The position numbers were made by a program, and so were the translations under genes. Under the pieces are notes generated by a model, which saw only the letters and a list, made by a program, of their open reading frames with translations, was not told the origin of the DNA and searched no databases. A DNA stretch of 16,103 nucleotides from Fonticula alba ATCC 38817 (lineage: Eukaryota; Protista; Nucleariida). Positions 1 through 10,027 of this stretch are shown piece by piece; position 1 is the stretch's first letter; each line of letters opens with the position of its first letter. The DNA lies in NCBI GenBank assembly GCA_000388065.2, contig KB932207.1, one strand, 5' to 3'.

Positions 1-280
1 GGGCGCCGACCAAGGGGAAGGGGGGATCACCGGGAGCCGGGGCCAGGGCGATGGCCGGCGCCTGGATGAAGCAGGCGCCCGGCGGCGCCCGGAGATGAAA
101 GGGGCGCCGCCGCCGGCCCCGGTCCCCATCCCTTCCGCTGGGGGGTGGGGGGCATGGCACAAGCAAGGATATATATTGGCACTCGTCTTCGGAGCGAAGG
201 AGGAAGCCAACTTCACGAATGAGGCTGGCCTCGAATTTGGTGAGCCGTGGCGCGGGGGAGCTCGCGGAGGCGCTGGCCAT
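1..280 (-). CDS. Partial hypothetical protein, 5' end; runs off the left edge
   Basis: ATG at 280 in a gccATGG context, preceded by an AG-free pyrimidine-rich leader. The frame is open to the window edge (MASASASSPAPRLTKFEASLIREVGFLLRSEDECQYISLLVP...). It is absent from the ORF track, presumably because no stop lies in the window. No family recognised. Confidence 0.4.
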   Translation of the reverse strand, partial: MASASASSPAPRLTKFEASLIREVGFLLRSEDECQYISLLVPCPPPPSGRDGDRGRRRRPFHLRAPPGACFIQAPAIALAPAPGDPPFPLVGA

Positions 281-1942
281 GGCGGGGTGGCACACGCGCG
301 GGAACGCCAGGGAAGGGGCAAGACCAAAGGGGGCGAGCGGAGGGGCGCGAGCGCGGTCGGGGAGGGGGAGGGGGGGAGGGGGGAGGGAAGGTAGGGGGAG
401 GAGCGGGATGGTCCTCTCGGTCTGGGCCTTCGCCCTCCGGGGTGGAGGGACATCAATGGGCGGTTCTCGCAGGGCTCGGCCCGGGGAGGGGGGGGGCGGT
501 CGGATGCCCCCTCGGTGTCTATGGCGGCGGCCGATCTCCGGCGCCTGGGGGAGATGGGCCGGCCGGGCGGGCGCGGGAGTTGGGGACTTGCCCCAGCCAT
601 AAGCTCCTGGCAGACCTGCGCCTTGCCCGGCCCGGAGCCCAAAGGCGCTGGCGGGAGAGCTGCACACACAAAAGCCGGCTGGGAAGCCGGCACGGGGGCC
701 GGCGGCGGGGGGGGGGGGGGGGGCGAGGGCCGGGAAAATGGCCCCCGCTGGCCAAGCCGAGACCGCTAGAGCGCCCGCACGCCGCAGCCGGCCCGCCGGG
801 CATCTGTCTCACCCCGTCCCCCGGCGGCGAGGACCGAGGGGCGGGCGGGCGGGCGGGCGGGCGGGGGGGCCAGCAAGGAAGCCTCGGGCCCATATGCGCG
901 CGGACGGGGCTCGCCCGTGTCCACGCCCCCCCCCCCCCCCCCCGCAGTCCGGCCAGTGTGTTTCACCGGGGCGACCCGGGGCCTCGCCGGTCCGCCTCCT
1001 GGCTGTGGCGTGCGCCCCCCACCCCGCGCTCGCCTGGCGGCGGTTAGAAGACGCCACCGGACGGGCAGGACGCGGCCCATTTCGCGTGCTTTTCAGCCGC
1101 CAGGAGCCCCACCCAGGGTGCCCACAGAGCACGCGCCGCCCGCGTAAATCGGCCCACCACACGCACGCATGAATCAGCGGAGATCCCTGGATTTAGGAAA
1201 GACCTCGCTCGCCGGTAACGAAGGCGGCCCCGCCGGGGGGGGGAGGTCGCCGCCGGTGTGTTTCTGCCCCCCCCCCCCCCCCCTGCCACCGCCGGGTGGG
1301 CAGGAGTCCGCGATCCGACCGGCCCTCGCGGAGCGCCGCCCGGGTGGGACACCATGAGGGGGAGGGGGGGGGGGGGAATAACAAATCCAAAGGCCCATCA
1401 TGCCAGCTCCCCGCGTCGGGAGGGCAGGAAGAAGAAGGGCAAGAAGAAGCGAGGTGCCAAGGGGAAGGTCCCCTCTTCCCGCCACCGCCGGGCCGGGGGA
1501 ACAACGGAATGCAGCGCGTCCGGCAGGCTGGCGCCCGGCGGAATTCGCCCCCCGATCCCGAGGGGCCGGCATGTGCCGCGGGGCCGAGCCCTGCCCCCGC
1601 CCGGCCGGGCGCCGGCGCGGCCCGCGGAGCGCGGCGCATCACGCCGGTACACGTGCTTGTCGAGGGCGGGACTGCCGATGCTCTTCTTCGGCCGGGGCTC
1701 CTCCGTGGTCCCGGCGCTCGCGCGCCCCGTCCGTCTTGCCACGGCCAGCCGTCCGCTGCAGGAAGGAGCCAGGGGGGGGGGGGGGGGGAACCGAATGCGC
1801 GGGCCAAATTTCAGGATGCTCGACCCCCGGGCCCGGGCTGCTGCCGGGCCGGTGGACAGAGCACCCTCCCCCGCCCAGCCCTCGCCTTCACTTGCCTGCT
1901 TTTCTGCGTTCCCCCCCCCCTCCTCCTCTCCTCGCCCGAGCC

Positions 1943-2550
1943 ATGTCTGCCCCGACTCCCGCCGCGCGCGCCGCGACCACCGCCGTCGCCGCCTATCGGT
2001 CGATCACCAACCTCACCAAGAAGGTGCGCGCCAGCCGGGTGGGGGGTATGATACCCGGGCGTGGGATCTGGCCGCCTGATGGCCTATATTGACACTCGCC
2101 GCCTGCTCGCCGACCTCTGTCCTCGCCCCCCCCCCCCCTCCCCCCCGGCCGACAACTGCCCAGACCCTGCCGAAGGCCAACCACGACGCGGTGCGGACGA
2201 TGCTCCGGGCGCAGATCGCCGCCGGGCCCCGGCTGGACGGCCGCCTGCCGGAGCCGGGCAAGCCCTTTGTCTTTGCCACGTCCTACCGCGCCGGGGCCAA
2301 CGACATCCAGGACCTGGCGGTGTATCTGGACTCGGTGTACCACCGGGATCGCCTGGTCACCCTCTACAACACGCCCATCGTGTCGGAGGATATGATGGTC
2401 GAGCGGACGGCCGCCCGTGTGGGGCTCTCCCTGCCGCGCCTGACCGGCGAGAACCTGCGCGAGGACCTGACGCACTTCCACAACAAGGGGCAAACCGCCG
2501 CCGAGATGGCCGCCATGGCGGAGGACTTCTCCGAGATGGTCAAGAACTGA
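1943..2550 (+). CDS. FMC1: Mitochondrial ATP synthase (complex V) assembly factor FMC1 homolog, ~155 aa, 2 exons
   Basis: Exons 1943-2023 and 2164-2550; phase-0 intron GTGCGC...CAG (140 nt). N-terminal AYRSITNLTKK resembles yeast Fmc1 TYRGLIKAILK. C-terminal YLDSVYHRDRLVTLYN...VERTAARVGLSLP resembles yeast FLDNQREYEELVDRYN...VKRTANVVGLDVP and human SAGLVGLKLP (recalled sequences). Confidence 0.8.
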
Positions 2551-2862
2551 GCCCGTCTGGCCTGCCTCCTCCGCGTGTCCCCCCGCCCCGGTGGTCTCCT
2601 CTGCTTTGTAGGGACAAGAGTTGCCACCGGAAAGGGGAAGCCCCCCACCCCATCCAATAGACGTCCAACCTCCTGTGCCCCGCCTCCCCGTCCCCCCTGC
2701 ACAGCTTCAGGTGTGTGTGTGTGTGCCTCCGGTGCGCCACTGCCGTGAGCTTCGGCCAGGGCCGGACGGCACACGCATGCGCACATGCGCCTCCATGTCC
2801 TCCGGCCTCCCCCCGGGCTCCATCTCGCCAGCCTGCCCGTTGGATGGCCCTGCGTGGGTGTA

Positions 2863-5325
2863 TTAGACGACGCCGCCGCCCGGCGCCGCGGCCACTGGAC
2901 CCACGTGCGATCGCAGGGCGGCCGCCAGGCGGACGAAGGCCTGCCCGGCGGAGCAGGCCCTGTGGCCGCCGGCCCGCAGGCACCGGAGCACGTCCTCCAA
3001 GGCCCGGCGCAGTGCCGGCGGCCAGGGGGCATCCAGGCGAATGAGGGCCCGGTCGGGGCCGGACCGGCCGGCCGCCGATCCTGCCCCGTCCAGCATCTGG
3101 CCCAGCTGCTGGGTGTCGACGGCCGGCGGGCTGAGGGTCACGCTCGCTAGCAGGCTGGCCAGGTGGGCCAGCTCCCGGGCGATCTCGGCCTCGGGGGCCG
3201 GCGCAACGCCCGGAGCCGCCTCCTCGCGCGTGTCGCGCTTCGGGGTGGGGCACACCTCCGGCCAGCCCCCCTGCAGCGGACTCCGGAAGAGCGGCATCGC
3301 CTCGGCGTCGTTGAGGTAGACGCTGAGCCGGCGGCCCGGGCCCCAGGCCACCTGACCATCCCGGCCGGCGCATCGGCGTCCGCGCCGAGGGAAGACCCCG
3401 CCACCGGGCCCGGGTTGCGTCAGTGTCAATGCCGGGGGCGTGTGGTGCGAGGCAACTTGGCGGGCAGGTGCGCACGAGAAATTGGCTGGGCTTGAAGTCG
3501 TGCTGGAGGAGGGCCCCGCGCAGGGGCGACCGCTCGACCATGCCAACCCCCAAGACCGGGTGCTCGGGGCAGATGGCGGCCACGTCGTCGTGGAGAAAGG
3601 CGTGCAGTCGCAGCAGCTGCAGAGCCAGGGACATGCGGGCGGCCACGTCCAGGTGAATGCCCTGCCATCGCGCGACATGGGCAGACGCGGGGGGGGGGAG
3701 CCGGCCGGGACCGAGGGGGAGCCGGGCGGTCCGAAAGTCGGTGCCACCGCGAGGCGACGTGACACGGGCACCGGTCACGACGAGGCCGTGGCGCGGGGCA
3801 AAGGCAATGCGTCAGCGACAAAGTGCGGCGGGCAGCCGCGCACCAGCCCGGCAGCGTGTATGCATGCGTGTCTGTGCCTCCGGGCCTGTACCTCCAGAAT
3901 GGCCGTAGATTCGAGGTTGTCCAGGGACCCGAGTTCGGCGAAAGGAGCCACCGCGGCTTTGAGGTCCCCGGGGCGGGCCCCCTGCAAGTGGATTGAGTCA
4001 GGCCGTGAGCATGCGCACGCGCATGTGCGAGTGTGTGCGTGTGGGGGCATGAGAGAGAAAGAAAACAGGGGAGAGGAGGGATCATGGAGAGCCCGGGTGT
4101 AGGCATGCGTGGCAGTAGGGCCGTGCCCGATGCGACGAGATGGCTGCACAGGCGAAAGAGCCGTACGCACCGTACGCCGGGCCTCGACGAGCTTGCGACC
4201 CAGCTCCGGCGTGCCGTACCCGGTGAAGCCCTCCCAGCGTGGACACGCGGCCAACAGGGGCCAGACGTTCGGATGTCCGGCGAGGGCACTGGTGTCGATG
4301 TGCCCAGTCGGATATGCATACACACACACACACAGGCACACACACACACACACCCACGACCACACATATGGCCGCGCGCATGTATCGCAGGGGGCGCGCG
4401 CCGGCGGCGGAAAGTGTTAGGGTCCAATTGCATGGCCGAGCAGGCCGAGAGGCGTGTTCCCAGGCTGCCCTGCCGTCGGCCTGGCCGCCTTTTTGAGCCT
4501 TCCCCCCGGGAAGGGGGGGGGGGGGAGGCGGGGGGCCAAATGAGGAAGAGCGCACATTAGTCGGGAGATGCCGCTGGAAAAGTCGCCGATGAGATTTTCC
4601 CGGCGGAGGGCCAGCACCGCCACCGGGACCCGGCGCCCGGAGCCGCGATCCAGCCAAGTGCTTCGATGGATGGATTTGACGGTGCCCTGGGCCACTGGCG
4701 GGTCGGCTCGCCAGTCACCCGCCGGCAGACCCTGGCGCATGTGGTCACAGGAGCTTGGGCCAGTGCGAAGCAGGGGGGCGGGAGCCACCGCGAACGGCGG
4801 CCATGCGTGCTTGAGAGATCAGTCTTCCGGCTTCAGGCGGGCGGGCTGGCGGCAAAGGGGACCGAAGAGGCAGCCGCACCCGACAGCTCTCCCGGCCGGC
4901 CGGTACAGGGGCTGGCCTTCGAAGGCCACCCACCAGCGCAGGGCCAGCGGGAGGACCTCCACCGGGACGCTCTCCACCGGGAGACTCCCCCCGGCCACGG
5001 CACCGGTCCAGCACTCTTCCAGCAGGGGGACATCCTGCAGGGCGTCCAGCATTTCGGCGCACCGGGCCGCGCCCCGGCCGGACCCCGGCAAGCGCACCGA
5101 CCTCGGGTCCGGCAGCGGCGGCTCGGCCTCCTCGGCGGCGGCGGCGGCGGCGGCTGCGCGGCGCTCGGCGGCCCAGGTGCCTCGCCGCCCCGCCAGCAGG
5201 TCCAGCCCTACGGACAGTCCCCCGAGAGCCAGCATGACCAGCATCAGCAGGGTGACCAGGCGCCCGGAGGAGAAGCGCCGCTTGGCGCGGTAGGCCCGGA
5301 GCTCCCGGTATAGTCGATCGGACAT
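2863..5325 (-). CDS. POMK: Type II membrane secretory-pathway kinase of the POMK (SgK196)/PKDCC group, ~508 aa, 6 exons
   Basis: Exons 5325-4880, 4753-4556, 4288-4171, 3981-3892, 3661-3476, 3351-2863. All five introns are GT-AG with matching phases; total CDS 1527 nt. Basic N-terminus followed by a TM helix (LVTLLMLVMLALGGLSVGLDLLA). Motifs: SCDHMR, VAQGTVK, VAVL (no beta3 Lys), DFSSG, HPNVWPLLAAC, LGSLDNLEST, RMSLALQ..FLH, HDFKPSQFL, YLNDAEAMPL. Recalled human POMK has SCEELR, VGEGAVK, VALS, DFLHG, THVVTLLGYC, LGSLSNLEET, RLELAM..YLH, SQYLL, LANDLDALPL. Strict orthology to POMK versus PKDCC is not established, and the first intron's boundaries are the least certain. Confidence 0.8.
4320..4353. 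repeat. Imperfect (CA)n microsatellite in kinase intron 2
   Basis: cacacacacacacaggcacacacacacacacac. Confidence 0.9.
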
Positions 5326-5466
5326 GGGCAGACCATTACCCGGCTCGAAAGGCAGCTGTCAAGAGGGAGGCCGTGGGGGCTCAGGCGACGGTGGAATCGG
5401 GACACGGCCGGCCGGGTCCGCGGAAAGGCGAGCAAGGGAAGCGAGGTGCAGGGGGGGGGGGGGGGG

Positions 5467-5678
5467 NNNNNNNNNNNNNNNNNNNNNNNNNNNNNNNNNN
5501 NNNNNNNNNNNNNNNNNNNNNNNNNNNNNNNNNNNNNNNNNNNNNNNNNNNNNNNNNNNNNNNNNNNNNNNNNNNNNNNNNNNNNNNNNNNNNNNNNNNN
5601 NNNNNNNNNNNNNNNNNNNNNNNNNNNNNNNNNNNNNNNNNNNNNNNNNNNNNNNNNNNNNNNNNNNNNNNNNNNNNN
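5467..5678. other. Assembly gap (212 N)
   Basis: Run of N, directly preceded by a G homopolymer. Confidence 0.99.
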
Positions 5679-6034
5679 CCCCAAGCGCAGCGGGCGGTCA
5701 GGGGGAGCAGCGAAGGAGCAGCAAAGTGGACAGGGAGGGAGGCGGGGGGGGGGGGAGTCCGAGCGCCGGGCTCATCAACAGATGGCAGGCCCGTGGTCGA
5801 GGCACAGGTGCGGAACTGCGCTATGAAACACGTCGGCGCCGGGTGCCGGCCTCGATGCCCCGGGCTCGGTGCCCCCGGCGACGACGCGCAGCCCTCAATC
5901 CCACCGCGGATCCCACCTCTCCCCGGCCCGGGGGCGGAAAACAGGGCACGGAAAAGCGCGCGGGACGCCCATCGAAAATTGACACGGAAGACCCACAATC
6001 GTCGGCACGTGATACGGGTATATTGTGCGCCCCC

Positions 6035-7421
6035 TCACAAGAGGATGCGCCGGATGGCGTCGCGATCGCCCAGCTCCCCGAGGGCGGCCTCGGCGCGGAA
6101 GAGGCAGCCATAGCAGTGGATCCGGGGGTCGGCCGCGGCCGGGGGCCCGGAGGTGACCGGGCCGCGCCGGCCGCCCCGGACGGCGGGGACCTCGGGCGGC
6201 GAAGCACCGCACTCCGGGCAGGCAGCCTCGGCGAGCTTGGTCGAGCCGAAGGGCTGCCATACAAAGGGGCGGGGGGAGCGCAGGGCAAGCGAAGAGCATG
6301 AAAGGGAGCCGGAGGGGGGAGGGGAGCGGGAGAAGGGGGCGCGGGCCCGGTCAGCAGCGGTGCGAAAGGGGCGTGGCCATCGGTCGCGGCGTACCACGCG
6401 CCAGGGGAGGTTGACCGGCGGTGCGGGGGGAACCACGCGCGGCACAGGGGGCTTCGAGAAGGCCGCCGATTCCGAGTGGAGGCTGTGCGAGATCCAAGTT
6501 TGCGCGGCTGAGACGGCGATCGCCACGCCAAACCGGACGGCTCGCGCCCAGCCGGCATCGCTGTCTGGAATGTGTCCCGGCACCTCGAGCTGGGCCGGCG
6601 GCGCCGGCAAGGGGGCGAGGAAGGGAGGGATGAAGGGGCCAGGAGGGGGGGGAGGGGTAAGCAGGCGAGGGGCGGCCCGGGGAGCGGCACAGGGTCCGGG
6701 GCATACCGTCCGATGGAGCTGTTGTCCGGCCAGCCAAGCGGACGCCGAGGTGGGGAAGAGGCGCCGAGGCTTCCACCCGGAGATGTGAAGAAGGGCCAGG
6801 CAAAGGCGCGTCCACTGGGAGGTGTTGAAGCACACTCGCGCGAGAGCGGCGAGCTGGCGGCCGGTAGGGGGAGGGCGGGGGAGACATGTAAGGCGCCTGC
6901 ATTGAGGGAACAGAGCTGAAGATCGCCGATGAAGGCAGCAGAGGGAACAGGAAGAGGAGCAGGGGCGAAGAAAGGGGAAGAGAGAGAGGGAGGACGGGGG
7001 GGGGGGGGGGAAGATGGATACCACACGAAGGGCCACTCGGCCGGCATGCGCCGCCGAGGCGCGCGCTCGTTGCATGCCCGTCAAGGGGCCGGCCGGTGCC
7101 GGCAACGCGGCAGCAACTTCGCCGGCCGTCCCGGGGTCCGACCCGGCCGCCGGGCCGAAGTCCACCCGCATGCCGAGCTCCTCATCCTCGGCCTCATCGG
7201 TGGCGGCGGCGGCGGCGGCGGCTGCCCCGCTGCCGTTGAGCCCCAGCCAGCGCCGGAGCAGGTGCATGGCAATCGGCAACAAGGCCAAGACCGCCAGAGC
7301 CCGGGCGCGCGACCCAACCGTCAACGGCCGGAACCCCTCCGGGGTGTCGGGCGCCCGCTCGAAGCGCCGCAATCCGTGGAGGTGCTCAGCGAAGGACGAA
7401 TCTGTATCCCGCCCCCCGGGC

Positions 7422-7482
<61 letters not shown>

Positions 7483-8172
7483 GCGCACGTACACCGGGAA
7501 CAATGGGGACGCAAAGGGTCAGGAAGGCCGGTGAGCTGAAGCGCGGAAGAAGTGCCCGAAGTGAGGATTCAGCGAGAGGGGGGGGGGGAGGGCGCACCGA
7601 AGGCCAAGAGACAGGGCAGGTCCAGCAGGAAGCCTGTGGCCACCGGCGATAAATACTCGCGGTAGGAGAGGATGAAGTTGCGCACGCCGGTTGGGGTCGA
7701 CTCGAAGAGGGCGTATTTCTGCCATCCGCCAAGCAAGCGCACAGGCAACGCCCAGCGGACCCGGGGGGGGGGGGGGGGGTTAGGCGGCTTGTGGCACACG
7801 GAAAGGAACATCGCATGGGCGTGTGGGCATGGGGGAATGTGGAATTGTGTGCGTGTGTGTGTGTGTGTGTGCATAGGTGCGTGTGAAAGTCGGAACACGC
7901 ACCGCCAACAGACTGGCCATCAGCTGGCGCCCACTGCGGGCCAGGTTCCCTGCTTCGTAGAGCTCCAGAAAGGAGGGCCGCGCAGAGGCCGGGGGCCCGG
8001 CGGTGGGAGCTCCATCGGCAGGGGGATTTGGGGCAGGGGGATCTGTGGCAGGGGGATCTTGCCCGGGGGCCGGCGCGCCCCCGACATCGGCAGGTGCCAC
8101 CTGCTCGGCCATCAGGGACTCGGCTGGACCGGTGCTGGCAAAGCCAAACCCGGGTGCGGTTGCCAGGCTCAT
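6035..8172 (-). CDS. PEX12: Peroxisomal RING peroxin Pex12, ~443 aa, 6 exons
   Basis: Exons 8172-7903 (alternative start 8112, MAEQV), 7718-7598, 7401-7022 (donor uncertain), 6853-6707, 6589-6395, 6253-6035; phases close at 1332 nt. RPSFLELY ~ PEX12 QPSIFEVV; SSFAEHLHGLRR ~ ASFSENFYGLKR; LAGQQLHR ~ LAGVQLGR; PAPPVNL ~ PPPPVHL. C-terminal CPEC...HCYGCLF...IRRILL matches the reduced Pex12 RING. Confidence 0.9.
7427..7480. repeat. (AC)27 microsatellite in PEX12 intron 2
   Basis: Perfect 54-nt AC run. Confidence 0.97.
7849..7871. repeat. Short (GT)n microsatellite in PEX12 intron 1
   Basis: TG/GT run, with approximate boundaries. Confidence 0.85.
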
Positions 8173-8408
8173 GCTTTCTTGAGGGCGCCCCGCGAGAAGA
8201 TACACAAACAGCAAGAGCAGGGAGGCAGAAAGGCACGGGGAAAGGGAGATGTGCGCGCTTGGCCGCAGGGGGAGAGAGGGAGACAGACAGAGGGACAGAG
8301 GAGCCTCGGCGGGAGGGCATTCCCGGGCCATGAAAGGGCGCGGTCAGCCAGCCGATTAAAAAAACCCGCGATCTGCCCCCCCCCCCCCCCCCCCGCCCCT
8401 CAGCCCCC

Positions 8409-8442
8409 TTGGTCGGCGGCCCCCGCACACATCGGAAAAGGG
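8409..8442 (+). repeat. 34-bp dispersed direct repeat, copy 1
   Basis: ttggtcggcggcccccgcacacatcggaaaaggg, identical to 16070-16103 and preceded by a C-rich run. Confidence 0.9.
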
Positions 8443-8498
8443 GGACGGAACACCAACACACATCAACTCAGGCAACCGGCGGTCCATTGGCAGATCGA

Positions 8499-9920
8499 TC
8501 ACTCCTGGAAGACCCAGCCCCCGGGGGCGAAGGGATCGTCGGCCGCCTCGTCGTCGGCCTCCCAGACAAGGTCCCCGCCGGCAGTGAGCAGGGTTCGACG
8601 CCGGCGGGCCGCGACATCCTCCTGGTCCTGGCCGCCGCTGGCCAGATCCTCCGGGCCGGGGGGCAGGAGTTGCCCGCGGGCAAGGGCACCGGCGAGCTCC
8701 TCGCGTGCGGCGCGCACTTCGGCCGACCATGGGGCAGAGAGGGGCCGCCAAAGGCCCCGCGCCGGAGCGCCGGCGCCAGCGGCCTTGAAGCCGCACTCCC
8801 GGAACTTGGACCCGACAAAGTAGCCCGGGCATTCGACCGCCTCGCCGGGCCCGGGGGATTGCCCATGGCCAAGGCGCAGCGTGGCCCGCCGGCAGCGCGG
8901 GCACCGGGCCAGGGTCCCATGGCGGCGCAGCTCGCGGATGCGCTGGCGCAACTCGCCCACCGAGCCGGTTGTCGGCTGCATGTTGCACCTTCGGACATCT
9001 CTCAGGTCAGTGCAAGGGGAGGGGGGGGAGGGGGGAGGGAGGGCAGGGATCGCGCGGCAAGAGGCCAGGACGCAGGGGGGGGGGGGAGAGAAGGGCACGA
9101 CGCCGAGGCGGAGGCGGAGGGCCGCCGCCATCCGGCAGGACGTACGAGAGCATGGCTCGCATGGTGGCTGTCGTGTAGAAGGCCAGGCGCTCGGGCCAGG
9201 GGAGTGCGGGCGAGGGGGCGGCCGCCGGGCCCGCGTCGGCGGCCGACTTCGCCGCGGCCACGCGCCGACGCTTGGGCGCCTGGGAGGAATGCTCATCCGG
9301 ACGGGCGTGGCCGCCGCCCAGCGGGGCGGTGCCGATGTCGGCCACCTTCGGGCACACTGGCGGGCCCGACACCGGCATGGCCAGCTCGATGTCGTCGTCC
9401 GATCCGGCAGCCACGTCGCCCGACAGGGACCGCATCGACAGGGCCAAGGACAGCCACAGGTCGACGGCATCCTCGGCCCCGGGATCCACGGATGCCAAGT
9501 CGGCCGTGGACCGGAGGAAGACCGGTGCCTGCAAGCACTCGGCATGGAAGAAGCTGGCCCGCCCGGGGGCTGCCAAGCAAACTTGAATGGCCATTTCCCG
9601 GAGGAGGCTGGCCGTGGCCTCGTCAGGCCCAGGATTCAGGGCGCTGACCCATGGCGACACCTCGGGGATGCCAAGCAACCAGGAGCTCGGCTGTCCTGGC
9701 CGCTTGGGCCGCGACAGCCGGCCCGAACAGTGCACACACTACATGCAGGGCGTCAGCAAGGCGAGAACAGGGGAGGAAAGGTGGGGAAGAAAAGAAAACC
9801 CAGCGCATGGCTGCAGGGGCCATCAAATGGCGAGCCACCACATACTCGATGGGGCTGGTCTTTGATGCGATCCAGAAGCAGGGCCGACACGGCCGGGTGG
9901 GCGGGAGCCTGTGGGGGCAT
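8499..9920 (-). CDS. PARP1 N-terminus-like zinc protein: putative CCHC finger, basic NLS and PADR1 (Zn3) domain, no catalytic domain, ~385 aa, 3 exons
   Basis: Exons 9920-9846, 9738-9146, 8988-8499 (1158 nt; start codon uncertain). Introns GTATGT..CTGAC..TAG and GTACGT..AAG. Spliced TATMRAMLSCNMQPTTGSVGELRQRIRELRRHGTLARCPRC...ECPGYFVGSKFRECGFK matches the PARP1 Zn3 pattern STNDLKELLIFNKQ..G...LDRVADGMVFGALLPCEEC...YCTG...AWTKC. Upstream CVHC-x60-HAEC; PKRRR near 9261-9276. Confidence 0.7.
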
Positions 9921-9933
9921 GGATGAGGGGGGC

Positions 9934-9935
<2 letters not shown>

Positions 9936-9970
<35 letters not shown>

Positions 9971-10027
9971 AGAGGGAGAGGGAGAGGGAGGGAGGGAGAG
10001 GGAGGGAGGGAGGGAGGGAGAGGGAGA
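9936..10027. repeat. (GA)n followed by a GGGA/GA purine tract upstream of the PADR1 gene
   Basis: About (GA)14 at 9936-9964, then degenerate gagg/gaga units. Confidence 0.92.

Noticed and set aside
5244-6301. ORFs spanning the N gap (5244, 5324, 5373, 5381, 5446; also 9753, 9911, 10068, 10309 at the second gap)
   Set aside because: The frames stay open only because N codons have no stop.
6035-8461. 808-aa minus ORF as a single protein
   Set aside because: Read-through of stop-free introns (CVCVCV from the GT repeat, poly-Pro from C-runs); only part is PEX12 coding.
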